Shown: piece after piece, positions 23,586 to 36,415 of the stretch
Layout: every line of letters starts with the position of its first letter
Numbering within the stretch: the first letter of the stretch is position 1
Assembly (NCBI GenBank): GCA_964016885.1
Contig: OZ024753.1
Location: 46,934,001 to 46,998,000 of the forward strand
Direction: 5' to 3'
From: Eledone cirrhosa
Taxonomy: Eukaryota
DNA: 64,000 nt
Translations under genes and position numbers: made by a program
Notes under the pieces: model-generated
What the model was told of the DNA's origin: nothing
Databases searched by the model: none
Seen by the model: the letters and a program-made list of their open reading frames with translations, nothing else

Positions 23586-23939
23586 ATCATCATCATCATC
23601 ATCATCATCATTTCGTTTTAAGTCCGCTTTTTCCCTGCTTGTAAGGGTGGGACGGGAACTGATTCTGGCTTGATTTCTACAGCTGGATGCCCTTCCTAAC
23701 ACCAACCTCATTTACAGTGAGTGCTGAGTGCTTTTTTGCCGTGGCACCTCCACGACCACTTTGCAGTGGAATGATATGGACCCCAGTCCCTATCATCTCA
23801 TTTCTACAGCTGAGTAAACTGGAGCAATGTGAAATAAAGTGTCTTGCTCAAGGAAACAACACATCACCCGGTCTGAGAATTGAACTCACAACTTTTCAAT
23901 TGCCAGGCCAATGCTCGAACCACTAAGCCATGTGCCTCC
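23586..23939 (-). mobile_element. tRNA-derived CORE-type SINE
   Basis: Copy of 11776-12129 (S2 allele). Confidence 0.85.
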
Positions 23940-24448
23940 ATATACATATACATATACATATACATACACATACATATACATACATATATATATACATACA
24001 TACATATATACACATACATACATACACATACATACACATATACATACATATACATACATAGATATATATATATACATAATATAAATATACATACATACAC
24101 ATACATAAGCATATACACATAAGTATATATACATATACACACGTGTATATACATATACATACATACATATATACACATACATACATATATACATACATAC
24201 ACACATATATACATATACACATACATACATATACATACATATACACATACATACATATATATATATACATACACACACATATATACATACACACACATAT
24301 ATACATACACACACATATATACAAACACATACATATACACATATATACACATACATACACATACATATACATACATATACACATATACACTCATGTATAC
24401 ATATACATACATACACACACATACATACATATATACATATACATACAT

Positions 24449-24997
24449 AAAGACAAATCCACCTCATGGACGAGAATGCAAGGGCTCCTCCTCTTTGTTT
24501 CGGCCGCGGATGGCTAACCCTAACCCCATCCCCGCTCCCCACCGCTCCCAACCTCCAAACGCAATCCAAAACTTCAGAGTTGGTACCATTAATGTAGGCA
24601 CCTTATAGGGTGGCTCTAACGAGGTTGTAGAAATGCTTGAACGTAAGGAGGTCGATGTTTGTTGTATTCAAGAGACCAGGTGGAGGGGTGGGTCTGCTAG
24701 ATTCATCGTGGGTAAAGAACGATGCTATAAGCTTTTCTGTGTGGCAAATGACAATGGGCTGGGTATACACATACCACCCCACCATCCCACCGCAAAGTGG
24801 TCGTGGAGGCGCCGCGGCAAAAAAGCACCCAGCCCACACTGTAAAGCTGACGTGGAGGTGCCACGGAAAAAAAAAAGCACCCAGCACTCACTGCAAACGG
24901 GGTTGGCGTCAGGAAGGGCACCCAGCTGTGGAAACCAATCCAGAATCAGCTCCCACCCCACCCTTGCAAGCATGGAAAAGCGGACGTATGATGAAGT

Positions 24998-24999
<2 letters not shown>
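24449..24999 (+). mobile_element. Internally deleted RTE element
   Basis: Copy of 12615-13165. Confidence 0.82.
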
Positions 25000-25034
<35 letters not shown>

Positions 25035-25601
25035 TATATATATACACATATATATATACACACATATATATCAGTGTACATATATATATACATATATATA
25101 TATATATAAATGAATATTTATTCAATTTAAAGCGCCAATTATCTATATATAACAAGATATGAATTTTTCTAGGGATGGGGGAAATTTTCAGTTTGTTTTT
25201 ATATTTTCACTTCATTTTTTACTTTCTATTTAATACAGTCTTTGATCCAATATAATCCTGACAGTATTTGAACCAGTTTACCTCATATATATGTATGCAC
25301 ACACAACACTCAAGTTTCGCCATCTACTGCTATTTCATTCATATTTATTGTTTAATTAACTCTGGTCTAATTCATCAACTATTGTTAATTATATTATTAC
25401 GTAGATTTCTTATAAAATCTAGTGCATATATACGTGTATATATACAGGGAGACACTGTAATAGATGTAAAGAGAGTGGGAGATAGAGTTATAGAAGTAAA
25501 GAGAGGGGGAGAAATAAGCGGTAGATAGAGTAATAGATGTAAAGAGAGGGTTAGAACGTTCAACTTGACAGTCAGTACAATGTTCAGCATGGTAGCCAGT
25601 A

Positions 25602-25673
25602 CATATGCCAACTACCCAACCGGCCAGCCAGCCGCATATGCGGTTGACTGGCCAGTTGGGCGGTTGGTATGTG
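25602..25673. repeat. 72-bp palindrome
   Basis: Copy of 13774-13845. Confidence 0.9.
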
Positions 25674-25804
25674 GAACGTTCAACTACGCAGTCAGTACCA
25701 AAGTTCAACATTGTAGCCAGTGCATATGCCGATCGCCGCGCCCTCTTTGCTCTATTTTAATGACCTGGAACTAAGTAAAAAGAGTAGGAGATAACTCGAC
25801 AAGA

Positions 25805-25889
25805 GCGGAGAGGGTGAGATTCGAACCATGCAAAGTCGTTGGCTCCTGAAGTTCGTAAGCGGGGCTGCTACTGACTGAGCAGCGCCGGC
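25805..25889 (-). ncRNA. tRNA-like Pol III-type element, S2 variant
   Basis: GCCGGCGCTGCTCAGTCAGTAGCAGCCCCGCTTACGAACTTCAGGAGCCAACGACTTTGCATGGTTCGAATCTCACCCTCTCCGC. Confidence 0.45.
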
Positions 25890-26667
25890 AGCAAGGCAAA
25901 TCGCGCATAAAATAACGCTTATATCGACAAAAAAAAAAAAAAAATTTCAATGTTGCACTCTTGTTTGTTGTTCTTTTATTTTACGTAAACATTTCGCTGC
26001 TCTAGCCTCTTATTTCCTATTAGATTACACTTAATTCCATTAAACATTCATTCTTAGTCTCGTGGTAAACTATTTCATCTATATTTATATCGCTGTTACA
26101 GCCTTTTATTTCTACATCTATCACCTATAGCCACTGTTACGCCGGTAGTATAAGTAGCTTTATAACAAGAAACGATGATATAACTCCACAAAATGTCTTC
26201 TTGAGCAAGACACTTCACTTCATATTGCTCCAGTACACCGAGTTACACATAGACAGATACATACATACATACACAGATAGAAATGAGAGGTAGATAGAGT
26301 AAAAGATTTAAAGAGAGTGTGAGAAGTACGAGTTAGATAGTGTAAAAGATTTAAAGAGAGGGTGAGAGTGTGACACACATTTATCTGTCTATCTCTCTCT
26401 ATTTTAACACCGGTCGTTATAATTAGTTTTATAACACCGCTATATTACCGACATGAAAGAGGTAAATAATTATTTCTTAAATGTTTAGAACATGTTTCTC
26501 TTGTCTTCTTAAATGTATAGAACATGTTTCTTATTTATATTCTTAACATAGCTAGGACCTTATCTCATTTACTGGTCTCTACTTTTAGGACTTTGCTGGT
26601 CCCATGTGCCCTCCATGAAGACACACTCGCCCCTTCTCTCTCAGTCTCCGTACTAATTACTACACAT

Positions 26668-28868
26668 ACGTATATATATTTATTTTAAGAAACCTTAATG
26701 ACAAATAATATAAAGTGTTTGTAAAGTGGGGAAGAGTAGTTTTACGGTGGGGTTGTTATATAGATATCGTTTTTGCAGTGGGGTCGTGACTGGCGTATAA
26801 TAATGAGTCACTGTTGATGTATATACAAATCATGTTTTGGATATAAGTGAAGTTATTTAAGAGATTTAGTTGTTTTGTATACATTCATAACGGTACGCGA
26901 TGGGACCCACCCACAGCCCCGGCGGACAGAATGGAGAAGGCGTTTCCCCGGAGCACGGCAAGGGAGACGCGCTGGAAAAGCCACTCCAACTCGCGGGGCT
27001 CACACCTGCGGCTGGCCAGCTCAGCGCCTATGGTGGTGAGTAAGGAGGTAGCCCTGGGGCCGAGGACACCAGAAGTCTCCACTTCCAGGGGTACGACCGC
27101 AAACCTGTCGGAGAGTGAACGATATGTGAGGAGTTTGGCCCCCTCAGCCTGACGTGCAGCAGAACCTGGGCCAGTCGCAGACTGCACCAGGTTGCGGCTG
27201 CAGAAAGTGTCGGTGCAAGTGGCATCCCAGACGAGGGGTTTGCCACCGCGGAACGGGAAGATGGTCATGCCATCTAGCCTTTTGCCGTCCCCTCGAGCTG
27301 GGAAGGGAAGCCTGCAGCGTCCAAGCCATGCTTAATGACTTCGTTGAGGGCAGCATGGCGTGGATTGCGGGTGGAGGCCGAAAGAGTCCATGGTGGAACG
27401 GCAGCGACATTGGTGTGAGGCCGAGCCTCAGGGAAACGCCGATGCGCAAGCTATTGTTGTCTAGCTGCGTGCGAGTGGAGAAGGAGGGCAGGGCATGGAG
27501 CCAGGCCCCACTGTGGGGTTTGGAGGCTGCACGAAAACAAACAAGGCGGTGCTGGTCGAGCTGGCACGTGAGCCTGTCTGAGGCCAGGCTGCACTGGATG
27601 GCATCCCAAGTGTGTTGGGCGGGACTTGACGTCAACAGGGGGAGAAGGAGGAGGAACGTCTACTGGGCTAAGTCCCAGCCGGTGCCACGTCTCACAGGCG
27701 GCCAGGCGTTCTCTGAACACAGAGGGTTCTGTTGTGTTTTGAAGAACCCTGCTGAAGAGGACGTGGTACGAGGTTACCGACGAAAGATATGCCGGCAAAG
27801 CTAGTGAGATCGGGGACTGGAGGCGAAGGCCGCCATACCTGACAGGTAAAGTTGCATATCTCATCGGCTGCTGCTCGGATACAAGTTTAGGTGTAGCACA
27901 GAGTGTATAGAGGAGCTTCGGCATGGCGTAGCAGTTCCTCAGCAGAAAGAGAACTGGGTGGCCATCAATCAAGCCCAGTCGGCTCGTGAGAGTCTGGACT
28001 TGATGGAGGAGCGGATGGCCGGCGGGTGGATCGGTGAGGGCATCCTCTTTGGGGGGTCACCTGAACCTGGCGGAGAATGGACCGCACGTCCAAGACGGAG
28101 ACTGCAAAGCTTGCAGCATCGAGGCTGACATTCACCACCTCCGACTTGGCTGAGTTGACCTGGAGGTCGATTCCCGCCAGGGCAGGAACCACCGATTGAA
28201 GGTCATGGCAGACCGCCTGTACGGGCCCACCCAAAGTAGCATCATCCAGATACCAAACGTTGAGAGGGGCCGTTATACTCCAGGCGATGTGGTCAATACC
28301 AAGGGTGAACAGGAGGGGTCCCAAAGGGTTGCCCTGTTGGATCCCAGTAGCCAAGGGTATGACCGTATCAGCAGCATGGCGCATGCTTGGGGCTCCATAT
28401 GACAGGTAGGCAGAGGGGGCTCGGCTGAGGCAGGCCTCGAGCAGATGATCCCAGCGTAAAGAGTTGAAGGCATTCCTCATGTCAAACTTGACAATGAGGT
28501 GGCTGGAGGCCCTGGATGCCGGTTCCGAGTGTTACGGACTTGCAGATTACCTTGGCAGCCAGCCTCCGGAAGACATTGCCCACAGCAATGGGGCGTATGC
28601 CATCCTCTTTCTTCCTGAGAGCGGTGAGGCTGGCCGAAAAAAAGAGGCCTCGAGCATAAGAGTCCAGGGCGCCATGGATGAGCCTATTGGTGAGCGCCAC
28701 AATTGCACTCAGAAGGCCGCGCCCGGCCTCAGCGGAGAGGGGAGATATCAACTCCTTGAGGAGGCCTGGTCAGAGACCATCAACATCTCCGCAGCTGCTA
28801 GCTGGGAAGGACCTGATGGCGGACATGATGTCTGCATCAGAAGCCACAAGGAGCAAGTGTGGATTACA
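26668..28868 (-). mobile_element. CRE-clade retrotransposon remnant, copy 5
   Basis: Same ORF fragments. Confidence 0.88.
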
Positions 28869-29794
28869 ATACAAAACCTCTGAGAATGATTTCTAAGATA
28901 TTTCACCATAATTAATTTTCATCAATATATATTAATATTATTATTGTTTATTAGGTCAGGTGGATTGGCCAGAACAATTCTACTCTTCTTTTTTAGATGT
29001 CACGATTTTTCATGGCATTCCTGAGATCATTAATCTCCAGCTGGAGATCCAGAGACATCTGATGTATGTAGGTGAACCTCAGTCATCCCACTTGGCTCTT
29101 ACTATGTTTAGGTATCCACCACAGGAGCCAGCTCATCAGGTCATCCTACCCTCAGCAGCAATGTCCAGCATCTATTGATTTCCGCTCCCTAGTTATTGTG
29201 GTAATCTTCGATATCTGGGAATATATTTCTTCTGCTTAAGGGAGTAATAAATATATAGTTTTAAAAAAAACATATATATACACACACATATATATATGTT
29301 GTCATTTATAAGAGTTCTCTATCAAAAGCCTTCTCTATGTCCAAAGCTAAGTATAGTGGCTTATTTTTCTCTAAGAACCTCTTTTGTAGTTGTCTCACTA
29401 AGAAGAGGGCATCTGTTGCACTTTTCAGCGGCTTAATTAATTAATGAGGTTTAATTAATGAGGAATTTTGAGGTATTTATAACAATTATTAATTATTTCA
29501 TTACTGAGATATCATTTGAAGGACTTACTAATGTTTTTATTTATTAATTATTTTATTAGTAACTTAACATGTGGTTCTTGTATAAAATTATGTTGGAAGA
29601 TTTTAGGAAGATGCTATGTAGCCGGTCGCGGTAAAATAGACGCCCAGGCTATGTAGCCGGTAAGAGTGTCAGACTCCATGTGTTGCGGCCCTTTATGGTC
29701 TGAGTTAAGACAATTTAAAATCTTTTCCACCATCAATTGTTAAAAAACAAGTTAAAATCATTTTGTCGTCCATTTGTAACGTACGTTACACTTT

Positions 29795-30570
29795 AGTTAC
29801 ATACACATATACTATGTTACATACACACATCTACTGTGTTACATACACACACATCAACTGGGTTATATACACACACATCTACTGCGTTACATACACATCT
29901 ACTGTGTTACACACACATCTACTGTGTTACATACACACACATCTACTGAGTTACATACACACACATCTACTGTGTTACATACACACACATCTTCTGTGTT
30001 ACATACACACATCTACTGTGTTACATACACACACCTGTGTTACATACACACACATCTACTGAGTTACATACACACAGATCTACTGTGTTACATACACACA
30101 CATCTACTGTGTTACACACATCTTCTATGTTACATACACACAATCTACTGTGTTACATACACACATCTACTGAGTTACATACACACACATCTACTGAGTT
30201 ACATACACACACATGTACTGTGTTACATACACACATCTACTGTGTTACATACATACACATCTACTGTGTTACATACATACACATCTACTGTTACATACAC
30301 ACATCTACCGTGTTACACACACACATCTACCGTGTTACACACACACATCTACCGTGTTACACACACACATCTACCGTGTTACACACACACATCTACTGAG
30401 TTACATACACATATACTGAGTTACATGCAAACACACATCTACTCTGTTACATATACACATCTACTGTGTTACATACACATCTACTGTGATACACACACAC
30501 ACATCTACTCATACATATTCATAAATAGACACACATTATACAAATAATTATTACATACACACACATCTCT
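29795..30570. repeat. ACACATCTACTGTGTTACATAC minisatellite
   Basis: Copy of 2297-3092, one 22-bp unit shorter. Confidence 0.95.
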
Positions 30571-31336
30571 GTAATAATTCAGGAAGGAAGGGGCTGGTGA
30601 AACGCTATAGCAATGTGTGTGTGTTGTGTACCTTTCAGGTTTACCGGTTTCGTAGCCTATTTGAAGATTTTATTATAATTATGAACCTTATAATTCAATT
30701 AATTATGAATAATTTTGAGCTATTTATCACAATTGTTAGTTAATTACTAACATAGTAACTTACCATATGGTTGTTATATAGAATTTTGTTGGAAGACTTT
30801 AATTTAGATAGGAACCATTTCCATAGTACGAGAACTAATTTTGGCTGGGTTTCTACCAAAAGGGTTAATGAAGAATTTTGAACAATTTACTAAAATTATT
30901 AATTATTTCATTACTAAGATAATGTGTGAATACACAATTATATGTGTGTATATATATATAAACAGTATATATATATATAGTATATATATATATAAACAGT
31001 ATATATATATATAGTATATATATATATAAACAGTATATATATAGTATACAAAAGATGTAGTGGGATAGTGTGTAGTCTTAAGACAAGTCTGTCCAGATAG
31101 CTGCGCTGTAACTTACACTTATTGGGACTGTGTGTTGGCAAGCAGGCCTGTATTTTGGGATCTAGCTGGTCCATTATGAGGGAGGTCTGGTTAGTTGGCA
31201 GCACCATGCCTTACTTGTGGTATATGTATGTATAGAAATAAGTTATTGTATATGCATAACTGTCCATCTATATGTATACATGTATGTTTACTTATATCTT
31301 TGCATACATATATACATTTTCAGATGTATACACGTA

Positions 31337-33257
31337 ATGGTCACCCGGATAGTAAACCAAGTCATACAGAATGGGGTTGTTCTGAAGGACTGGCGTAGCA
31401 GCATCATCATTAACTGTTACAAGGGTAAAGGAGATGCCCTAGATAAGAGTAACTATAGAGGCATTAAATTAATCGACCAGGTCATGAAGGTCACGGAAAA
31501 AGTAATAGCGCAACTAATCAGAGAGAGAATTGATCTAGATGAAATGCAGTTCGGGTTTGTGTCAGGTAAAAGTACCACAGACGCTCTTTTCATTGTACGA
31601 CAACTACAGGAGAAGTACCTAGTTAAAAGTAAACCCCTATACTTAGCTTTTGTTGACTTGGAGAAAGCCTTCGACAGAGTCCCCCGTTCCATTATCTGGT
31701 GGGCTCTTAGAAAACTAGGTGTTGAGGAATGGCTTGTGAGAGCTATACGAGCCATGTATAAAGAAACAGTCAGCAAGGTTAGAATTAACAACGAATATAG
31801 TGAAGAGTTTAGCGTAAAAGTTGGTGTTCATCAGGGCTCCGTCCTTAGCCCCCTACTATTTATTATTGCCCTTCAGGCTATAACAGTGGAGTTCAAGACC
31901 GGCTGCCCATGGGAACTCCTATACGCAGATGATCTAACGCTCATAGCTGAATCAATGGCCGAGCTAGAGAAGAAATTCCAAACATGGAAGCAAGGCCTAG
32001 AATCAGAAGGCCTTAAAATTAACCTGGCTAAGACTAAAGTTCTAGTTTGTAGGAAAGAAAATAAGGCGCCGGTCCCTTCCGGGAAATGGCCATGCTCAGT
32101 GTGTAGGAAAGGCGTAGGTAGAAACTCCATTTTATGTCCCAAATGCAAAGTATGGGTTCATAAAAGATGTAGTGGGATCACAGGTAAGCTAACTAAGAAC
32201 ATAGATTTTACATGTGGCCGGTGCTCTGGTGCAATAAGTAGCAGCAAGTGCCCACAAAATACTAGCTCTTTCAATTGCGCAGAGGGTTCTATAGAAATAG
32301 TGGACAGCTTCCGTTACCTGGGTGACAAAATCAGCAGTGGGGGAGGGTGCTCTGAAAGTACAGTAGCTAGAGTCAGAACTGGATGGAAAAAGTTCAGAGA
32401 GCTTATACCACTATTAGCCGCTAAAGGGTTCTCCCTAAAAATGAAAGGCAGGTTGTATGATGCCTGCATATGAACAGCAATGTTGCATGGCAGTGAGACC
32501 TGGGCATTGTGTGCAGAGGATATACGCAGACTAGAGAGGAACGAAGCTTGCATGCTTCGCTGGATGTGTAATAGTAATATATGTGAACGGCAAAGCATAA
32601 ACGAACTAAGGGAAAAATTAGAAATAAGAGGGATCTGATGTTGTGTACTCGAGAGAAGACTACGTTGGTATGGTCCACGTGATGCGGATGAAAGACGACA
32701 GCTGTATAAAAAAAATGCAGGGCAATAAAGATAGACGGTAGCCACGGAGTAGGCAGACCCAGAAAAACCTGGGACGACTTGATAAATTCCGACCTCACAC
32801 ACTTACACCTCTCCAAGACAATGTCACTGGACCGAGATCTTTGGCGGTACTCAGTAATAGAGAAGACCCGCCTTACCTAGATACAAAGTAAAACCTACTA
32901 CAGTCAGTAGGCACCTCTAACAAAATACACCCCCACCCCATCCACACCGCCCCTTTCAATGTAAAGTTATGTTGGTGCCACAACATCCAGGCCGAAACAA
33001 ATGAGGGCGTGTAGGTGTCACGACAAAAAAAAAAAAACACAGTCCACGCAGTAATGTGGCCGTGTAGGTAACACGGTAAAAACCTCCCAGTCCCACACTG
33101 TAAATGCGGTTGGTGTTAGGAAGGGCATCCAGCTGTAGAAAACCCGCCAGACAGTCCTATGCGAGCAAGACAACCACTCTTGCCTCAAGTGGGAAAATTC
33201 CCGTCCAAACCCATGCAAGCGTGGAATATGGACGTTAAACGATGATGATGATGATGA

Positions 33258-33261
<4 letters not shown>
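31337..33261 (+). mobile_element. 5'-truncated RTE-clade LINE, copy 2
   Basis: Same lesions as copy 1 plus an extra TGA near 32636. Confidence 0.93.
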
Positions 33262-33291
<30 letters not shown>

Positions 33292-33295
<4 letters not shown>

Positions 33296-34417
33296 CTTTG
33301 ACATTTCTTAGAAAAAAAATGAAAAAGTTTTGTGAGAACCCCAATGTTTATTTATTTTATTTTATTTTTAAATAAAATTAATAACATTAATTTTATTTTG
33401 AAATTAGGTTTATAAATATTAATTATCAGCAGACCTTTGTAGCAGTCTTGGCGGCTTAGTGGGAAGTACCAGAGATGGTGAGGTCCTTGTCTGTAGGTTC
33501 AATCCTGGTCTGGGAGTTCAATCATTGCTGTAATGTGTCCTGTTAATCTTTTTTTAAATTTTCCTCAGAAAAAACTGAAAATCTTTGGTGAGAACCCCAA
33601 TGTCTATTTATCTAATATAATTTAATTTATTTTATTTTAGTTTACTTTAGTTAAATTGTCAAAACCACTGGTGATCTAAAGTTAGAGGAGACAGATAAAA
33701 TAGACATATTGTCTCCTCAACCTTTAGATCTTCAGTGTTTTCGACAATTTAACTAAAATAAAAAATTAAATTCAATATAATTAAATAAATAGGGGTTCTC
33801 TTTTTCAAAGAGATATAGAAAGAAAATTATAAAAGATTAACATGACACCTTACATGTATCTCATGGACCAGGATTGAACCTGAGTCCCCAATTCAACCCT
33901 CAGACCAGGATTGAACACCCAGAACAGGATCTCACCATCTCTGGTACTTCCCACTAAGCTACCGAGACTGATACAAAGATGTACTGAAATTTAATATTTA
34001 TAAACCTACTTTCAAAATAAAATTAAAAATAAAATATATATATATATATATTCCTTTGACATTTCTTAGAAAAAAGAACTGAAAAAGTTTTGTGAGAACG
34101 CCAATGTCTATTTATTTTATTTTATTTTTAATTAAATTAGTTATATTTTGAAAGTAGGTTTATAAATATTAATTTTCAATAGACCTTTGTAGCAGTCTTG
34201 GTGGCTTAGTGGGAAGTACCAGAGATGGTGAGATCCTTGTCTGTAAGTTCAATTCTTGCTTGGAGACATGTCTAATGTGTCCTATTAATCTTTTTTTAAT
34301 TTTCCTTTTACATCTCTTAGAAATAACTGAAAATCTTTGGTGAGAACCCCAATGTCTATTTATCTAATATAATTAATTTAATTTAATTTAATTTAATTTT
34401 TATTTTAGTGAAACCAC
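33292..34417. repeat. Foldback/MITE-like repeat with Pol III boxes, copy 2
   Basis: Copy of 5811-6936. Confidence 0.85.
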
Positions 34418-34759
34418 TGTTGTATTCAAGAGACCAGGTGGAGGGGTGGGTCTGCTAGATTCATTGTGGGTAAAGAACGGTGCTATGAACTTTTCTGGGT
34501 GGGAAATGACAATGGGCTGGGTATACACATACCACCCCACCACCCCACCGTAAAGTGGTCGTGGAGGCGCCACGGCAAAAAAGCACCCAGCCCGCTCTGT
34601 AAAGCTGACGTGGAGGTGCCACGGAAAAAAAAAAAGCACCCAGCACTCACTGCAAACTGGGTTGGCGTCAGGAAGGGCACCCAGCTGTAGAAACCAATCC
34701 AGAATCAGCTCCCACCCCACCCTTGCAAGCATGGAAAAGCGGACGTATGATGAAGTTGA
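34418..34759 (+). mobile_element. Truncated internally deleted RTE element, L-type
   Basis: Copy of 6937-7278. Confidence 0.8.
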
Positions 34760-34858
34760 TATATATATATATATATTAGTATATATATACACATACATAT
34801 GTACACATATACACATACATATATATATATATATACACACACATATATATCAGTGTAC

Positions 34859-34893
<35 letters not shown>

Positions 34894-35363
34894 AATGAAT
34901 ATTTATTCAATTTAAAGCGCCAATTATCTATATATAACAAGATATGAATTTTTCTAGGGATGGGGAAATTTTCAGTTTGTTTTTATATTTTCACTTCATT
35001 TTTTACTTTCTATTTAATACAGTCTTTGATCCAATATAATCCTGACAGTATTTGAACCAGTTTACCTCATATATATGTATGCACACACAACACTCAAGTT
35101 TCGCCATCTACTGCTATTTCATTCATATTTATTGTTTAATTAACTCTGGTCTAATTCATCAACTATTGTTAATTATATTATTACGTAGATTTCTTATAAA
35201 ATCTAGTGCATATATACGTGTATATATACAGGGAGACACTGTGTAATAGATGTAAAGAGAGTGGGAGATAGAGTTATAGAAGTAAAGAGAGGGAGAGAAA
35301 TAAGCGGTAGATAGAGCAATAGATGTAAAGAGAGGGTTAGAACGTTCAACTTGACAGTCAGTA

Positions 35364-35435
35364 CATATGCCAACTACCCAACCGGCCAGCCAGCCGTATT
35401 TGCGGTTGACTGGCCAGTTGGGCGGTTGGTATGTG
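35364..35435. repeat. 72-bp palindrome (L variant)
   Basis: Copy of 7883-7954. Confidence 0.9.
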
Positions 35436-35566
35436 GAACGTTCAACTACGCAGTCAGTACCAAAGTTCAACATTGTAGCCAGTGCATATGCCGATCGCCG
35501 CGCCCTCTTTGCTCTATTTTAATGACCTGGAACTAAGTAAAAAGAGTAGGAGATAACTCGACAAGA

Positions 35567-35651
35567 GCGGAGAGGGTGAGATTCGAACCATGTAAAGTCG
35601 TTGGCTCCTGAACTTCGTAAGCGGGGCTGCTACTGACTGATCAACGCCGGC
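35567..35651 (-). ncRNA. tRNA-like Pol III-type element, L variant
   Basis: Two substitutions relative to 8086-8170. Confidence 0.45.
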
Positions 35652-36415
35652 AGCAAGGCAAATCGCGCATAAAATAACGCTTATATCGATAAAATAAAAC
35701 AAAAATTTCAATGTTGCACTCTTGTTTGTTGTTCTTTTATTTTACGTAAACATTTCGCTGCTCTAGCCTCTTATTTCCTATTAGATTACACTTAATTCCA
35801 TTAAACATTCATTCTTAGTCTCGTGGTAAACTATTTCATCTATATTTATATCGCTGTTACAGCCTTTTATTTCTACATCTATCACCTATAGCCACTGTTA
35901 CGCCGGTAGTATAAGTAGCTTTATAACAAGAAACGATGATATAACTCCACAAAATGTCTTCTTGAGCAAGACACTTCACCTCATATTGCTCCAGTACACC
36001 GAGTTACACATAGACAGATACATACATACACATATATATGTACACAGATAGAAATAAGAGGGAGATAGAGTAAAAGATGTAAAGATAGTGTAAAAGATTT
36101 AAAGAGAGGGTGAGAGTGTGACACACATTTATCTGTCTATCTCTCTCTATTTTAACACCGGTCGTTATAATTAGTTTTATAACACCGCTATATTACCGAC
36201 ATGAAAGAGGTAAATAATTATTTCTTAAATGTTTAGAACATGTTTCTCTTGTCTTCTTAAATGTATAGAACATGTTTCTTATTTATATTCTTAACATAGC
36301 TAGGACCTTATCTCATTTACTGGTCTCTACTTTTAGGACTTTGCTGGTCCCATGTGCCCTCCATGAAGACACACTCGCCCCTTCTCTCTCAGTCTCCGTA
36401 CTAATTACTACACAT

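Larger units (their letters stand above)
29433..34417. repeat. L-unit-specific block, copy 2
   Basis: Near-identical to 1935-6936. Confidence 0.92.
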
